64,000 nucleotides of DNA from Geosiphon pyriformis uo1. Lineage: Eukaryota; Fungi; Glomeromycota. Below, piece by piece: positions 1 to 13,700 of the stretch. The notes under the pieces are model-generated. The model was given only the letters and a program-made list of their open reading frames with translations. It made no database searches and was not told the origin of the DNA. The stretch lies in contig JAAOMT010000672.1 of NCBI GenBank assembly GCA_016748015.1, positions 483,752 to 547,751 of the forward strand, given 5' to 3'. Each line of letters begins with the position of its first letter. The first letter of the stretch is position 1. The translations under genes were made by a program, and so were the position numbers.

Positions 1-3000
1 AAAAAATCTAAAAAATCTGATGTTATTAGTAGTGTGGTGAACTTGTCAGCTGGACCTATACCTATCAGCATATTATAAACTATCTGTAGTAAATGCAAAG
101 TGTTTTAAAATAGTGAAGTGGAAAGTAAAAAAGCTAGTGTTAGTGAAATATCCAATGTTGAAAATATAAACAACATGATAGCCAAGAAAACAAGTTACAT
201 AGATTCAAATGCTTCTGAAACTGATGATATAGTGGATGACACAACTCCGAAAAAAACATGTACAAGAATATTTGTTTTAGATAAGCTGCAAAAATGCTCT
301 CTTTCAAGAATTTGAATGACAATAATGCTGAATTGGTGCTGCTTGTGCCTAAGTTTTTTGAGTCTCAATTTTTTCTATTGGCTAAATCATAGAATAAGAA
401 AGTTAAGAATTTTAATTCTGCTAAATTATTCACTTTGAATATAGAGCTGTTGACAATATTTGAAAAAACTAATAGTAATAAATTAATTGCAATAAAAAAA
501 ATTTTCTATCAAATTAATGGTTTTGAAGGAGCTTCCACTCCCTCAAAATTTTCAAAAATTATTAAATTATTATTTACATCTGAAATAAATTTGAAAAAAA
601 CTAGAGAAATGGCAATTAGTGAAAAGATTTTGGTCAATAATAATCTTAGGAAAGTAAATAGCTAATCAGATTAGAAAGTGATCATTAAAGAGATCCCAGT
701 TGATCTTCTCAAATCTACTGTGGAATTTGTTTTTTTCTAAGTTTAGCAAGATTGTATCAATCAAGTTGTAATTAATTGGTTTATGACAAAAGGCTTTGAT
801 GAAATATGAATCATCTAAGATAGCTGATTTAGTCACAGCTAAATAGTCTGTTTTTATGGGAAAAGATTCTGTTTATATGGCAAAGGTTATTGGTAATAAA
901 TAAACATAGGCATCCAGGAATCAGCATCAGGTTTTGTTGTATATGTTTTCAATTAGTACTACTGTTTATGACTTATCTGAATTATTAGTTTTTTATAATA
1001 AAAAAACTTGTATTATTGGCCATAATCCGAATTTATATGTGCATAATAGGTGTATTGTGATGTGTTTTAAAGATAAAACATCCAAATTGGCTGCTATTGG
1101 CTCTATTCCTGTGTTTAAAAATATGAATTTACACTGAACTGGTCTTTCATTGGCTTGTTGTGCTTGTTATAAATAATTTGGTTATATATCTGTTAATTGT
1201 GCAATAGGTGAGAATTCTGGTGGTTATGGTAAGTGAGTGGTAACTTTTTAGGATCATGTCTGCTTGGCCAATATTTATAAAAAGAAGCAGACACTTATTG
1301 ATTGTTCAGTTTTTTTTGGTGGCAAGACTTGAGTCCAGATTGCTAGTGGTTTTTCCTTTTGTATAATCTTTTCAAATTTTTTTAGTACTGGTTTGTTTTT
1401 GGGAAACCCATTTCAATGGTTTTCAATTCTCTTAGTAATTCCTATCTGGTTGATTGTTTGGCTTCTTTAGAGCACTCTTTGGAGCTTTTGGTGGATCAAG
1501 TTTCTGTTATTATAAAAAAACTGAGCTTTGTGGAATTGGTGCCTTTGGCATCCAAGTCCCATGTATCTTTTTTGGTTATTTCAGCATCTTTAGCTTCTAA
1601 TTTAAATTCGGATATGATTTTGGATGACATATTAGTGTCTCCTGCCTTTTTTTTCAATTGTTGTGAATACAGTTGCTGATTTTAGCTCAAATAGCTCTAA
1701 GGTTTTGACTACCAAAATAGGTAAGTTAGAATCTAAAATGGTGGCTTTGGAGGTGTCAGTTGAATCAGTTTTGGAAAGATTGGATTGTTTGTGCTCTGGT
1801 TTGAGTTTGTTAGCTCTTTTTATTCCTCAATAAGTAATATTATATGAAAAATTGCTACATGTAATGTTTGTGGTATTAATGTTTCTGCCAAGCAGAAGAA
1901 CACTATCCATTGACATAAAGATTCTGGAAATTTGGTTTCAATAATTATGGAGACAAAGTTGAGATTTGACAGTAGACTATAGGATAAAAATAAATTTAAT
2001 AATGTTAGAGTTTTTTTATCTGGATTAGACAAAAGATTTCTTGGTGCTGGGGTGGCAATCATTATAGATGTTTCTCTAACTTATTATATATGTAAGATTT
2101 CTAAAGTGTCTGAATGGCTTCTCTCTGTCAGGTTGCTTTTCAAGAATAAATTTTCTGTTTTGATTCTGGGGCTTTATGCTAGTGCCTTCTTGGCTGCTCA
2201 TTTTTTTCAGACTAGTAATATTAATTTTTTAATAGCTAAGACTGTAAATGAGTCTTTTTTTGTTGTATTAGGTGGGAGTTTTAATGAAAATGGTTTCTAC
2301 AGATATGTAAGTTTCAAAAAATACTTCAATTTAGAACTGGTCAATTCTTTGTAAAGAAGTCCAATTGCAAAGAATTCTATGTGAAAAAATTCAAGAGATG
2401 TAGAAAAGACAATTGATTACATATTTATTTCTTTAAATTTGGTTAATGCAGTAGTGAATCATAATGTTGTGGATGTCAGTAAACATTTTGACACCAATTA
2501 CCAAACAGTTTCTATGTCTGTGAATTTGGATGGGCTTTTGGATGCGCAATTAAACTCTATTCACAGACAGACTAATAGGAACTGGTGGAAATTTGATTTT
2601 AAGGATGCTGATAATACAAAGTGAAACAATTTTAAAAATGCCACAGCAGTTAATACAACAATGTTCTTTAATGAATTTACAGTCTTTATAAAGTTTTCAG
2701 ATTTGAGTGCAATGTGAGATGTTGTTTACAAGATTATAACTTTTTTGGCTAATGAAATATTTAAAAAGAAATAGTTTAAGGGCTATGATGATGTTTTCAC
2801 TAAGGATTCTTCTAAGTTTCATAAACTGGAGCTTTTGGTTTCAAAGATTGTCAAGGCTTCTCGTGAAGAGAGTCCTGACAGATTTATATTCTTTATGAAA
2901 TACTAGAATTTTTTGAACAGCAGCAGAGCTTTGGTTATTTAGGATCTTATGGACTCTGATGTAAATTTTGATCATGTACATTCAGTTCTTTTTAGTGTGA

Positions 3001-6000
3001 GGAAATTTTATTGTGTATCTAAGCTTGCTGAATTTTTGAGAGCTAAAAAATTAAGAATTAGGTCAGTTATTAATAAAAAAATAGAAAATTTTGTGATTGA
3101 TAAGAATTATATAATCAAGAGTGTGTTGAAACGTTCTTTTTGAAAAATAGTTTTGGACTATTTAGTCATTGAGAATGAACTAATTTTGGAACCCAAACTG
3201 GTTAAAGTTAAGGTGAATTTGATCATGGAAGGCTGAACTAAAAAGCACAAAATGGAGGCTAATTTTTTTGATAAGTGGTTTTATTAATATCAGTCTTTGG
3301 AGTACATTTTTAATGATGCTTTCTAGAATGTAATAGGTCTGGTTGGCTTTGATGAGTTATTTAGTGTGGTTTCTAATTTGTCTGATGATAAGACTGCTGG
3401 TTTTTCTGGAATTTCAAATGAGCTTTAGAAACATTGTGACAGGACAATTTTGGATATGCTTTTGGTGCTTTTGAATTCTTGTTTGTCTTGTGAATTGGTG
3501 TTTTATACTTAAAAGAAAACTTGGGTCTTAATAATCTCTAAGTTGTATGAGTGAAAAAACATTCTCACTAATATTTAGCCAATTGTTTTAATTGAGACAT
3601 TCCATAAAATTCTTTCCAAAATTTTCTCAGACAGAATTTTATTGGCATGTAACACTTTTAATATTTTGTGTGAGGACAATTTTTCAGTTTTAAAGAGTAC
3701 AATAATGCAGCCTCCTATTTTTACTGTTGGTTTGGTCATTGAAGATGCTCTAAAAAAGAATTATGAACTCTGGTTGGTCTTACAAGACATGTGAAAAGCC
3801 TATGACTCTATTGGGTAGAAACATTTTAGAAAAAGCTTAGTTAGGATGAAAATATATGGCAAGTTTATTAGATTTTTTGGTGGCATTTACAATGATCATG
3901 TCAATAAGGTTATAACAGATTTTGGGCTAACAAATAGATATTGGATGCATGATGGTTTAAACCAGGAAGAAGTGTTCTCACTGTTTCTTTGGCACATATT
4001 TTATAATTTACTTCTGTGTGAGGTCAAGAGACAAAAAAGTATATGTGGATACAGGCTAAATTTTTATTATATTGCCAGAATAGATTGTCTAAAATCTCAA
4101 GCTAGATTAATGTTTTTTTTGCTGCTGGTGCTTTTGTCAATGACACAATCTGAATTGATAGCAGCCAAACTGTGAGCTAATACATTCTCAATGTTACTAG
4201 TGAATTTTTTTGAATTAATGACATTTCTATCAATAATAACAAGACAATAGTCATTCTTATTAATTGCAGAGTTAATTGCCCCAATTTGTCTATCAGTGAT
4301 TTACCTATTTTTATTGCTAAAAAGGGCAAATCCCATTGTTACTTGAGTATTTTTTATTAACTGAGAGTTTGTCAAAGCCTAGTTTGGCTAAGATGTATTC
4401 TAATGTCTGTTTTTTTTGCCAATCTTGTTCTGAAAAAGACTGTTTCTGATAAGCAATTTTTGTATTTGGTGTTAGCAGTTTTTTATCTCATTGTTAACTA
4501 CAGAATGCAATTCAGCTTTGTTTCCATTAGTGTATACAATAAATGGGATGCTTTAATCTATAAAAGATTAAAGTTAAAATCTGGTCTGCCTTTCAATTTT
4601 CCCAATGCTGCACTCTGTTATCCTTTGTTGTATGGTTTGAAAACTTTTAAGCAAATTCAGGCTGAAAACAAAGTAGCTTCTGTAGTGTGTTTTACAAACT
4701 CTGTTGGAATTTTAAGTCATTTGTTTTTATACTGGTCTTATAACTTGCAAGTTCTGTTTTGGAGCCCACTATACTCTTTGGTCTCTTCTGCTTATATCAA
4801 GATTAGTGCTTCTAATAATTTTTTGACAAGTGTGGTTCATATTTTTCTTAGGTGTAGGTTGTCTTTGAATGGTCATATGAACAGTTTTTTCTATCTTTGT
4901 GATAGAACTTCTATATTATTAGTTCTTGACAGATCTGAATTTTTTAAGTTTTTTCCATCCTTTCAGTGCTATGATATTGCTTTCATAAAGCAGCTTTATT
5001 ATAAGAATAGTTCTGTTTTCGACTAGAAAACATTTAAGCATTAAAAAAAAATAGATTTACATGGCTCTGTTCCTGACTGGTTTGGGTATTTTATTAACTT
5101 CTTTAATGATGTAGTTTCTTCTTTTACTCATTTAGCTTCTTTGGGTGTTTCTGATTCTTCAAATGTTTTAGAGACTGGTAAATTTAAGCTTGTATGGGAT
5201 CATTTGCTGAATATTATGACTGATAGTCTTTCTGTCTATACTAATAGATCTCTGAAAAACTTGGGAAGTGTAGATGTTAGGGCTGGTGCAGCAATCTATT
5301 TTAAGAATATTAATCTGGGTTTAGAGGTCAGGGTTTTAAGTCTTATGTCTTTTATATTAGCAGAACTGCAAGCTGTTGCATTGGCTCTCAAGTGTGTTTC
5401 TTTTTTTTAGCTTAGTTTGCCTTTTTACTAACAGTTAGATTGCTTTGGATGTGTGTAAATTGGATTTAAGTTTAATGCATCTGAATTTTTGGAATTAATT
5501 TTGAGTTAAGCATTAGCACATAGTAAACATTGTTCAAAAAAAGAATTTAAACAATAATTGGCACAAAGTAAATAAGCATTTGGGTGTCTTAGGTAATGTG
5601 CATACTGATATGCTTACTAATACAGCTTTTCTTTCTTCTTAGTGTTTTCCTCTCCAATTGAATAAACATTACATTATGGTTGAAAGTAGTATTATCTTTG
5701 GCAATTTTAGGCATTTTGTTTGTGGAATCTTTCAGTCCATTCATTGTATACATTGAGAAGTCAGTTCTGATTCTAAAGTTCTGAATTGTAATTTGCTGTC
5801 AGATATTAATTGGTCTAACTAATCTTTGGTATGACATCCTGATTTGCACATGGCTGCTGGTTTTATTAGTAGGTTGACAGTTAGTGCCTATACATATTTT
5901 ATAAAGGCTTTATACTATTGGCTGCCAGTTGCTGTTCAGAAATGCTTGTATAACAGGTATTACTTCAGTGTATTATGTTTGTATTGTGGTAATATTGAGA

Positions 6001-6650
6001 TCTCAGATCATGCTTTTTCTTGTATAATTAATAATTCTGTTTACTGTCAATTGTTGGATACCTATGTGGTTGTTTGGAGTGTGTTTTTAGGTCTTTCTTG
6101 CTTCTTTTTTTGTGTGTCTTAATTGTTATTCTTCTGTATTTCAAATATAGCAGTATATATGGCTTTTTGCAAAGGTTTTGTTTTTAATGATTGGCTACAA
6201 AAGGCTATGTGTGTCTTTGGAGATTCTAAAATTGCTGGTCAGAAGATTGTGGACTTTGTACATGATTTCTGCTTTGCTTTTAGAGATAAGATTTAAGTTG
6301 TTTATTCTAAGCATTATGCATTCATAAAAAGAAATAGACTGATACCATGTGATGATTTAGTTCCAGTCTCAGTTTCTGGACTGCTTTCGGTGTTTTCTGT
6401 TGGTGTGGTTAGATTGCTTGGTATTGCCAAGGCTTTTGGTACTAGTTTTGGGTTTTGTAAATTCTGCTTGTTTTTTTTAAATATTAGAGATTCTATTTCT
6501 GTTTATATAGGTGCTTAGCATTGTTTTAATCAGCTTAAGTGGCTGATTATGTGTAGAAAATACATTATTCATGCCTAGTTTAGATTAATTATTTGATATA
6601 TTGTACTAGATAATATTTGAATCTCACTTGTTAAATGTTAATAAAAAAAA
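1..6650 (+). mobile_element. Degenerate non-LTR retrotransposon (LINE with ORF1, APE endonuclease, RT, RNase H, C-terminal CCHC); 5' end lies outside the window
   Basis: Colinear with the better-preserved copy at 34385-41293: KIATCNV (~1850), GGSFNE, RT AGAFVND (4133-4144), RNase H SVYTNRS..AELQAVALAL, CLYCGNIEISDHAFSC; ORF2 stop at 6516-6518; 3'UTR and A-tail to 6650. Many stop codons. Confidence 0.95.
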
Positions 6651-6999
6651 GTATAATAATATTTATATTAATATATATATTATTTAACAAAATAAAAATA
6701 TATTTAAAATATTAAATTATAAAACTTAATTTTAAAGCATACTGTTATTTTGTAATTAACATCCAAGTATTTTTTTTATTAATAAAAAAAATAAAGTAAT
6801 TAATACATTAGAAAATTATATATAATAGGCAAAAATAATAAAACATAGATTAATGTTTTTATTATATAAAAATTATATATAATGTTTTTATATATAAATT
6901 AAAAAAAAACATATTAAAAATTTATTTAAATTAATATTAATATTAAAAAAATTAATTTACAAATTTTTATTCACAATTTTATATATAAAATTTATTATT

Positions 7000-8723
7000 T
7001 AATATAAAAAACCAAAACTTTTTCTATTTCCTATTTTTAAAACTATAATCAGAGCAAAAAGTAAAAAAGTTTCAACAAAAAAGAGTTTTTTTATTATTAA
7101 AATAACTAAACAAAATATTTTGACAATGTTTTTTTTTAAATATTAATAATAAAAAGCTGTTTTTGGTAGCTTCAAAAGCATTTTTTTTACCTTTGGCTGA
7201 TGGTTTTTTTTCAATCAAAGTTTTTTTTTAAAAGACATATTCAAATTAATTCTAGTACTGTTTTTACTCTTTTCAAAAGCTTTAAAGTTTTTAACAACAG
7301 TCCAGTTAACAAGTTGGTTTTTTTTGTTTTCTAATGTTGTCTTTAATAGTGTTTGAGAAATAATTTCTAGTCATTAAAAATTCTTTAAATAGATAATATT
7401 TATTTTAATATTTGATATAACTTTTAATATTAAATTAAACTTAGTTAATTCTTTGTTTTATTTGTTGTCTAGTTTTGTTGGATTTAAGTTGGTTTTCAAA
7501 AACAATATTGAGTTATTTTGTATAAATTTTGTTTTTAAAGATTTTTATTAATGGTTTTTTTAACCAAATTTAAGATTACAAAATTTTTTTATGATGGCTT
7601 TTAGTTTTTTTTTTTACTTTTGTAAAATTGAAATCTGCTAACTTGTGAGAATATGCTATTATAAATTTTAAAATTTTTTTTTTGCTGTTGTTGTTCTTGT
7701 TAACTAGTTTGTACTAATTAAAAAAGACAATATTTGGATTTTTTTCTTAATTAAAAAGAAATCATTATTTTAAAAATTTTTTTAAGATCAAATTAATTAA
7801 TTTTTGTCTTTAAAATTAGTGATATAATTTTTTAAGTTGGTAACTATACTTATTATAATTCTTATTCTCTTAATTCTTATTATTGTTAATATTTTACTAT
7901 TGTTATTTTTGAGTCTTGTAAAATATCAAAACTTGCTGTAATTAAAACTAGTATTCTATACAAATGTTGTATTTGGTAGAAAATTTTTAGATTATTGCTA
8001 TTACAAATATTAAAAGTTGAATTATTTATTTGTTAAATACAAAATGTTTTTATGTTTTTTTCTGTTAATAAAAAGTTTTATGTTAAGGTTTTTGCTTTTT
8101 TGGCTTCTTTTTTTGCTGTCTTTTTAGTTATTTTTGCTTTTAGTTTTGTTGTTAAGTTTATATTAAATTCCTTAAAAATTCAAGTCTCAAGCTTGATTGC
8201 TGTAATAAAATTTGTTATTAAGCCTATTATTTTTTTGGTTATTTTAATTACTAATCTTCTAATAATAATACTGCCAAGATTTTTTAGATAAAAAAAATCT
8301 GCTCTCTATAAAATATGTTGCTAAAAATATTGTTTGTTTTAAATTTAAAATTAATTTTGGTGAAATAAATTATAATAGAATATTAGTTGTTAAAAATTTT
8401 TTTTTAATTAAAAATACTATTAAATATTTTATAACTTTGTAATATATGTTAAGTTCTAATGTTAAAAGTAGTATTGAGTCAATTAAATTGTTTTTTAGTA
8501 AGTTTGTTTTTAATTTTAAAAACTTGAATAGTATTATTAAAAGAATTAGTGGACTGAGTTTACTTTTAGCTTTTTTTGTTTTAATATAATATAACTTTAA
8601 CTGATTCAAATAGTTGATTATATATAAAGAGTACATAATTTATATATTTAGTTTAGACTACTTAATTTGGTATATTAAATTAAGTTGTATTTGGGCTTTA
8701 TTTATTAAATATAATAAAAAAAA
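7000..8723 (+). mobile_element. Highly decayed, internally deleted LINE remnant (related subfamily)
   Basis: 8590-8723 aligns to the LINE 3'UTR (tttagtttagac...ttgggctttatttattaaat plus A-tail); upstream sequence looks like eroded ORF1; left boundary approximate. Confidence 0.55.
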
Positions 8724-8749
8724 TTCACATAAACAAAAGAATTAATATA

Positions 8750-10080
8750 CAGAGAAGCATAAAAAATATTGGACACTTCTATAATATATTATATAAAAAA
8801 ACTAATTTATGAATTATTAATTTTTTATTATTATATTAAAATTCATGTTAGTAGTTTATTTGCTTAAACTTGATGTGATATAAACTTGATCAAATTATAA
8901 TAGTAATTTACAGATATTGTATCCTATTTTTCTTTAATCTACTGTTCTAATTATACAATATTTTGAGAGTTGTAAATTACTTTGACAAATTTTAACTTCA
9001 ATATATGACCAAAGATTTTCTATTGGAGTAATATTAGAACTTTGTGATGGTCAAAGAAATAATTCAATATTTGAAGAAGTAAAAAAAACACGTGACTTTT
9101 AATGTATAGATTAATATATTGTCTTCCTGAAAAAAAAAACTAAAAAAAGTTTTTTTTGCATGAAGTTTTACTGTAGAAATTGCATAATTAGCCAAGATTT
9201 CATAATGTATAACTCAAGTAATATGACCAACCAAAGGAAGTAAAAGACCCAAACCAATTCATGAAAAACATTTCCAAAACATGTAACCAAAGTTTTTTTT
9301 AACTGTGGCTGCAATAAAATTCTTATAAAACTTTTGAGAAGGTTTACACCATACACATCCAAATTTTGTACTTCTAAATTATGTATATATAGATTCATCT
9401 AACCAAACAACTCATTTAAAATCTTTTACTGTTCAATTTTTATAAGTATGAATCTATTGTAAACATTTTTTTTTATTTAATTTGGAAATTAATGGCTTAA
9501 AACAAAAAATGCATAAGCAAAATTTTTTTTGAGCTAATTTATTTTGAATAGTTTGTATAAAAATAGATTTGTTGGTATCTTTAATAAAATTCAATTGTAT
9601 TTGAGAAAGAGTTTAACAGCAGATTTTTTTATTTTCTATTATTGAATATTTGAGTTGTTCATATGTGCATTTGTTAAGAATTTGTGGTCAGCCCATTTGT
9701 TTTTTAGAAAGTTGTTTTTAGCTCATATGACTTTTATATACATATTATAAAAGAATATAAACATCTAATAATCATAGAAATCTCATTGTTTGTATGTCCT
9801 AACTTTTTTGCTAAAATAATTTCCTTTTTTGGTATTTAAAAAGTTCTTTTCCAAGACATATTTGATGTGGTAAATTTTTTCATGACAAGAATATTTGATA
9901 TTTTATATATATACATATGATCTACTGTTGTGTTTTACAAAGACATGATTTATGTTAATTTGTAGATTATAATTATAAGTAATTATAAAAAAAATTATGG
10001 CTTAAATTAGTAATAGTATTACAATATATAGCTTTTTTTATATAATATATTAAGTGTCCAATACTTTTTATACCCCTCTT
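8750..10080 (-). mobile_element. Tc1/mariner DNA transposon, full-length but degenerate (~1.33 kb)
   Basis: Imperfect 29-bp TIRs (8750-8778 cagagaagcataaaaaatattggacactt; 10052-10080 aagtgtccaatactttttatacccctctt) flanked by TA on both sides. Minus-strand translation gives DES (~9395), FQEDN (~9125) and *PSQSSNITPIENLW (~9015-9055), matching the Tc1 DDE motif WPxxSPDLNPIENLW. Confidence 0.9.
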
Positions 10081-11406
10081 TATGTATACATATATATATA
10101 TATACATAAAAACTTACATGTTTTTTATATGCTTTTTAATATATATTGTTTAAATATTATTTATATTTATACATTTAAAATAATCTTGAATCTTTTTTTT
10201 TTAATGAAATTATTATTTTGCTATAAAATAATACAAAACTTTTTATAAAATTCATAGAATTATACAGTAACAAATCAGAAAATACAATTATTTCTTTATT
10301 TTTATTTGTGCTTTTTTAACTTTTTTTATACTAGCAAATATATATAGTAATTTTATATGTTTTACTTTCTTTGTAAAAAGTCAAATGCTAACAATATTTG
10401 ATAACAACAATACTTTTAAAACAATTTGACAAATATATTAATTATTTTTTTTTTGTATACAACACATCTGATTATATCTATTAAATAATCAATTTTTTTT
10501 AGAAAAAAATTGCTTGACACAAAAAAACTAAAACCTAAAACACATGTTTATTTATGAAAATTTAGAACTCTCTACCAAAGCAAATTACAACACAAACTTA
10601 AGTAATATTAACACAACAAACGAAAAACAGATATAACTTACTTTGTATAAAAAGTGCCACTATTTAATCTAACAGTTTTAATAACATTAACAGACTTGAT
10701 ATATTCATTAAATAATTAAAACTTCTGTAAAGATATAATAAAAATCAGTCAGCTAGTGTTTCTTTTTAACACTTATGCACCAAATTATTCTTAATTTAAC
10801 CTGTATACTGGACTTTATAAATGAATTTTAATCAAAATCTAAATCTAAGTTTTCAACTATAATTTTGTTATAAGTCATGAAAAAACATATTTCTTTAAAC
10901 AATAATTAAAATAAATAAATATTCAATTAATTCGAATTAAAAAAAAGTCCATAGAGTTATTATGTGAAAAATACTAGACCTCAACTTTCATTTGGCTCAA
11001 ATAATAATATAATAAAGATTATTACACAATCACAAAGTAATCCATTTTATGCTTGCCTATCTTTTGAACGTCTATGATATTAAGAATTCTCTTTTTGCCG
11101 TTTTAGAATTCTCCGTAAAAGATTCCTTTTCGGGAGAAAAATTAAAAGGATACCAAGAAGCGAAAGAAGCCATTAAGGAAATCATGGTGAATAATTCGTG
11201 AAATTTTATTTAAATACGCTGGGTTTTGCGAAGGAATCAGAATTTCTCACTACTCTGATAGTTGGTCTTGATAATTCCTAACGCAGAAAAAACAAGCCTT
11301 TAAATATTTATTTTAAGTTTTTTGCTACCTTTTCCACAGAAAAACTTTGAAATAAAACGCAATAGATCTAATTATAAACCTTGTTGAATAATAAATTTAG
11401 ACAGCT

Positions 11407-11970
11407 ATGAATCAGCAAGTTTTTAACAATTTCGTTGGGAATTACCAAACCCCTCCATTCCTTCATTCCAATGAGCAAAACGCTTCTCGCGTAAACCATA
11501 ATGAAACTTCAAACTATAACAACCTGAATGATGTTAACTCAACTTCCGGATTTAACCACCCATCAGTGCTTTCAGAATACCATAATGATTCAAATTGGCT
11601 ACATGACCCCTCATTTAGCCACTCTCGATACCACCCGTCAGCGCATTCCGATTCAAACCAAATTGAACCTCAAAGTTCACAACAATATAATTCTCAAATC
11701 CATAAAGCTACGGGAAATCATGTTCAACAATTTAATCGAACCCCAGAGTTCCAACAAAATCCTAATCGTATTTCATTTCAACAATTTTTAAAGGTAAAGG
11801 AAGATATTTTAAATAAGGAGCAAGAAAATATTGATAAAAAGCGAGATATTTTAAATAAAGAGCAAGAAAGTATTGATAAAAAGCGAGATATTTTAAATAA
11901 TGACCGGTATATTTTTTCCCAAAGGCAAGAATTAGACCAGCTAGAAATTAATTTTTTTGGTAGAAATTAA
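11407..11970 (+). CDS. Hypothetical 187-aa N/Q/S/H-rich protein with C-terminal coiled coil
   Basis: Intact ATG ORF in CpG-retaining sequence; 14-aa repeat DILNKEQE(N/S)IDKKR; decayed paralog 1.8 kb downstream. Confidence 0.7.
   Translation: MNQQVFNNFVGNYQTPPFLHSNEQNASRVNHNETSNYNNLNDVNSTSGFNHPSVLSEYHNDSNWLHDPSFSHSRYHPSAHSDSNQIEPQSSQQYNSQIHKATGNHVQQFNRTPEFQQNPNRISFQQFLKVKEDILNKEQENIDKKRDILNKEQESIDKKRDILNNDRYIFSQRQELDQLEINFFGRN
11803..11900 (+). repeat. 42-bp in-frame tandem repeat, ~2.3 copies
   Basis: gatattttaaataa(g/a)gagcaagaaa(a/g)tattgataaaaagcga x2 plus a partial copy. Confidence 0.95.
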
Positions 11971-11977
11971 ATATGAT

Positions 11978-12178
11978 ACTTCTCCCTTCACTCAACCCTC
12001 TAATAAACCTTTAGTTTACTCTTCTGAGAACGCATGTATACATATGGTACATTATTCAGAGATCTGTTAACTAACTCGGGTGGCTGGTAACGTGTCGACA
12101 AAGCATGAGCTGCATCTATTATAAAATGTTTCTGTAGATAGGGGTTGGACCACGCTTCGTTAAGCATTAAAAAAAAAA
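11978..12178 (+). mobile_element. Severely 5'-truncated LINE (3' tail only) just after the stop codon of the host ORF
   Basis: 12075-12178 (cgggtggctggtaacgtgtc...gcatga...ttggaccacgcttcgttaa plus A10) is homologous to the 3'UTR of the LINE at 34385-34510; homology between gene and paralog stops at aaatatgat (~11977). Confidence 0.7.
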
Positions 12179-13173
12179 TGAATAGAAAAAACGGGGAAAA
12201 ATCCCCTTAATGCTTAAGAAAACATCTATTTTTGAGCATAAATTTTTTAAATTAAGGGTAAATACTATTTTAAAACATGCAAAATTAAATATTTTAAATT
12301 CAAAGTGTAAAATATTTAAGAATAGCAAAATTTATAGTTATAAAATTAATGTAACAATTTTTCTTAGATGTATTACTTTATTGAAAAGCTCATTAAGATT
12401 ACTAGATAGGGAATTTTTTCTCGAGCGTCCTAAGCTTTAAATATTAGGTACAAAAGCCTAAATGAAATCCATCAATTTGTAACACTAGGTGATAAAATAT
12501 TTTAGATAATACACTTTTTTTTTGAAATAAATTCGTCCTTTTATATGGGAAATAATTTAAATTTCTTTGCTCGCAAAGCCTTTAAATTCATCAATGACCT
12601 TAGCAATACAGCAGTCAAATGTTGTTGCAAGTTTTGTGTTTCTCAGCTCCTGTTTCAGCCCATACATAAATAAATAAACAAATATGTAGTTATTCATTAA
12701 AATACTACCATTGAAGATGATTCTTGTTAATAGCCAAGTAGTTTAATTAATAGTCGTTTAAGAAAGATATGGACTTAAAAATTTAGCAACAACAATATAA
12801 AAGTGCCAAATTTTAGCCACACAGAATAATGGCTACTATCATAGATCATATCCATGTACAAAGTTTAGTTAACATCAAAAGCAAACTCGTATTTTAAAAA
12901 TTTCTATGGGGCTTTGGCAAAAACGAAGACTAAACTCTGATTATCGACGCTGATTTTACCATCCTCAAACTTGATCAAAAGATCTAAGGTGGTTTGAATC
13001 TTTAAAGGCAGAGGAAATTGTAAAATAAATTGGTTGGAAAAAGTAATTGATCCCAACTTAAAATATCTAATATTAAACCTTGTTGAATAAACAACTTACT
13101 CCAATTTTAGGCAAAATCATGGAGAATTTCGTAATCTAAAGTATTTATTTCTCTGAGTTTTCAACCAACAGCT

Positions 13174-13700
13174 ATGAATCATCAAGTTTCTAATAATCTT
13201 GTTGACAATTATCAAATCCTCGCTTTGAGAAATAATAACATTGTTCTTTAAATTCTCTGTTCTAATGAGCAAGACATTACTCGTGTGAATGCTAATAGGA
13301 CTTTATTTATATAGCTTCAATATCATCCGTTGACGCATTTGGAATTCGAAGTTAATTTAAATCAAATACAAGAACCTTCCAATTCAAATCAAACTTAACC
13401 AGGTTTAAATTTAAGAATGATGAATTATTCCCATGATTAAAGACCATCATTCAGCACAATAACTTCAATGCTAAATTTAACTCTTTAGCACCAGACAACC
13501 AAGCTACCCTATGCAAAAACATATTTCCTGAAATCCAAATTTACAACAAAATTCTGGCCCATTTTCCTTGAAAATTGATTAACTTTACAGAAAAATATTT
13601 TAAAATATGGAACAAGATATTTTGAATAAAAGTAGAGAGCTTTTTGATAAAGAATGATATATTTTAAGAAAATTCAAGTATTATTCCAGCTAAACTAATT
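13174..13700 (+). pseudogene. Decayed tandem paralog of the 11407-11970 gene
   Basis: acagctATGaatcatcaagtttctaataatcttgttgacaattatcaa versus acagctATGaatcagcaagtttttaacaatttcgttgggaattaccaa; shared upstream aaaccttgttgaataa; gatattttgaataaa repeat remnant; stops and frameshifts. Confidence 0.8.

Noticed and set aside
1-6518. Alternative genetic code (TGA=Trp) explaining stops at Trp positions
   Set aside because: The same positions show TGA, TAG or TAA depending on the copy, and the lipase gene uses TGG normally; this is mutation, not recoding.
10260-10810. Possible MITE (tacagt...ctgtata ends)
   Set aside because: Terminal match too short and weak for AT-rich DNA.
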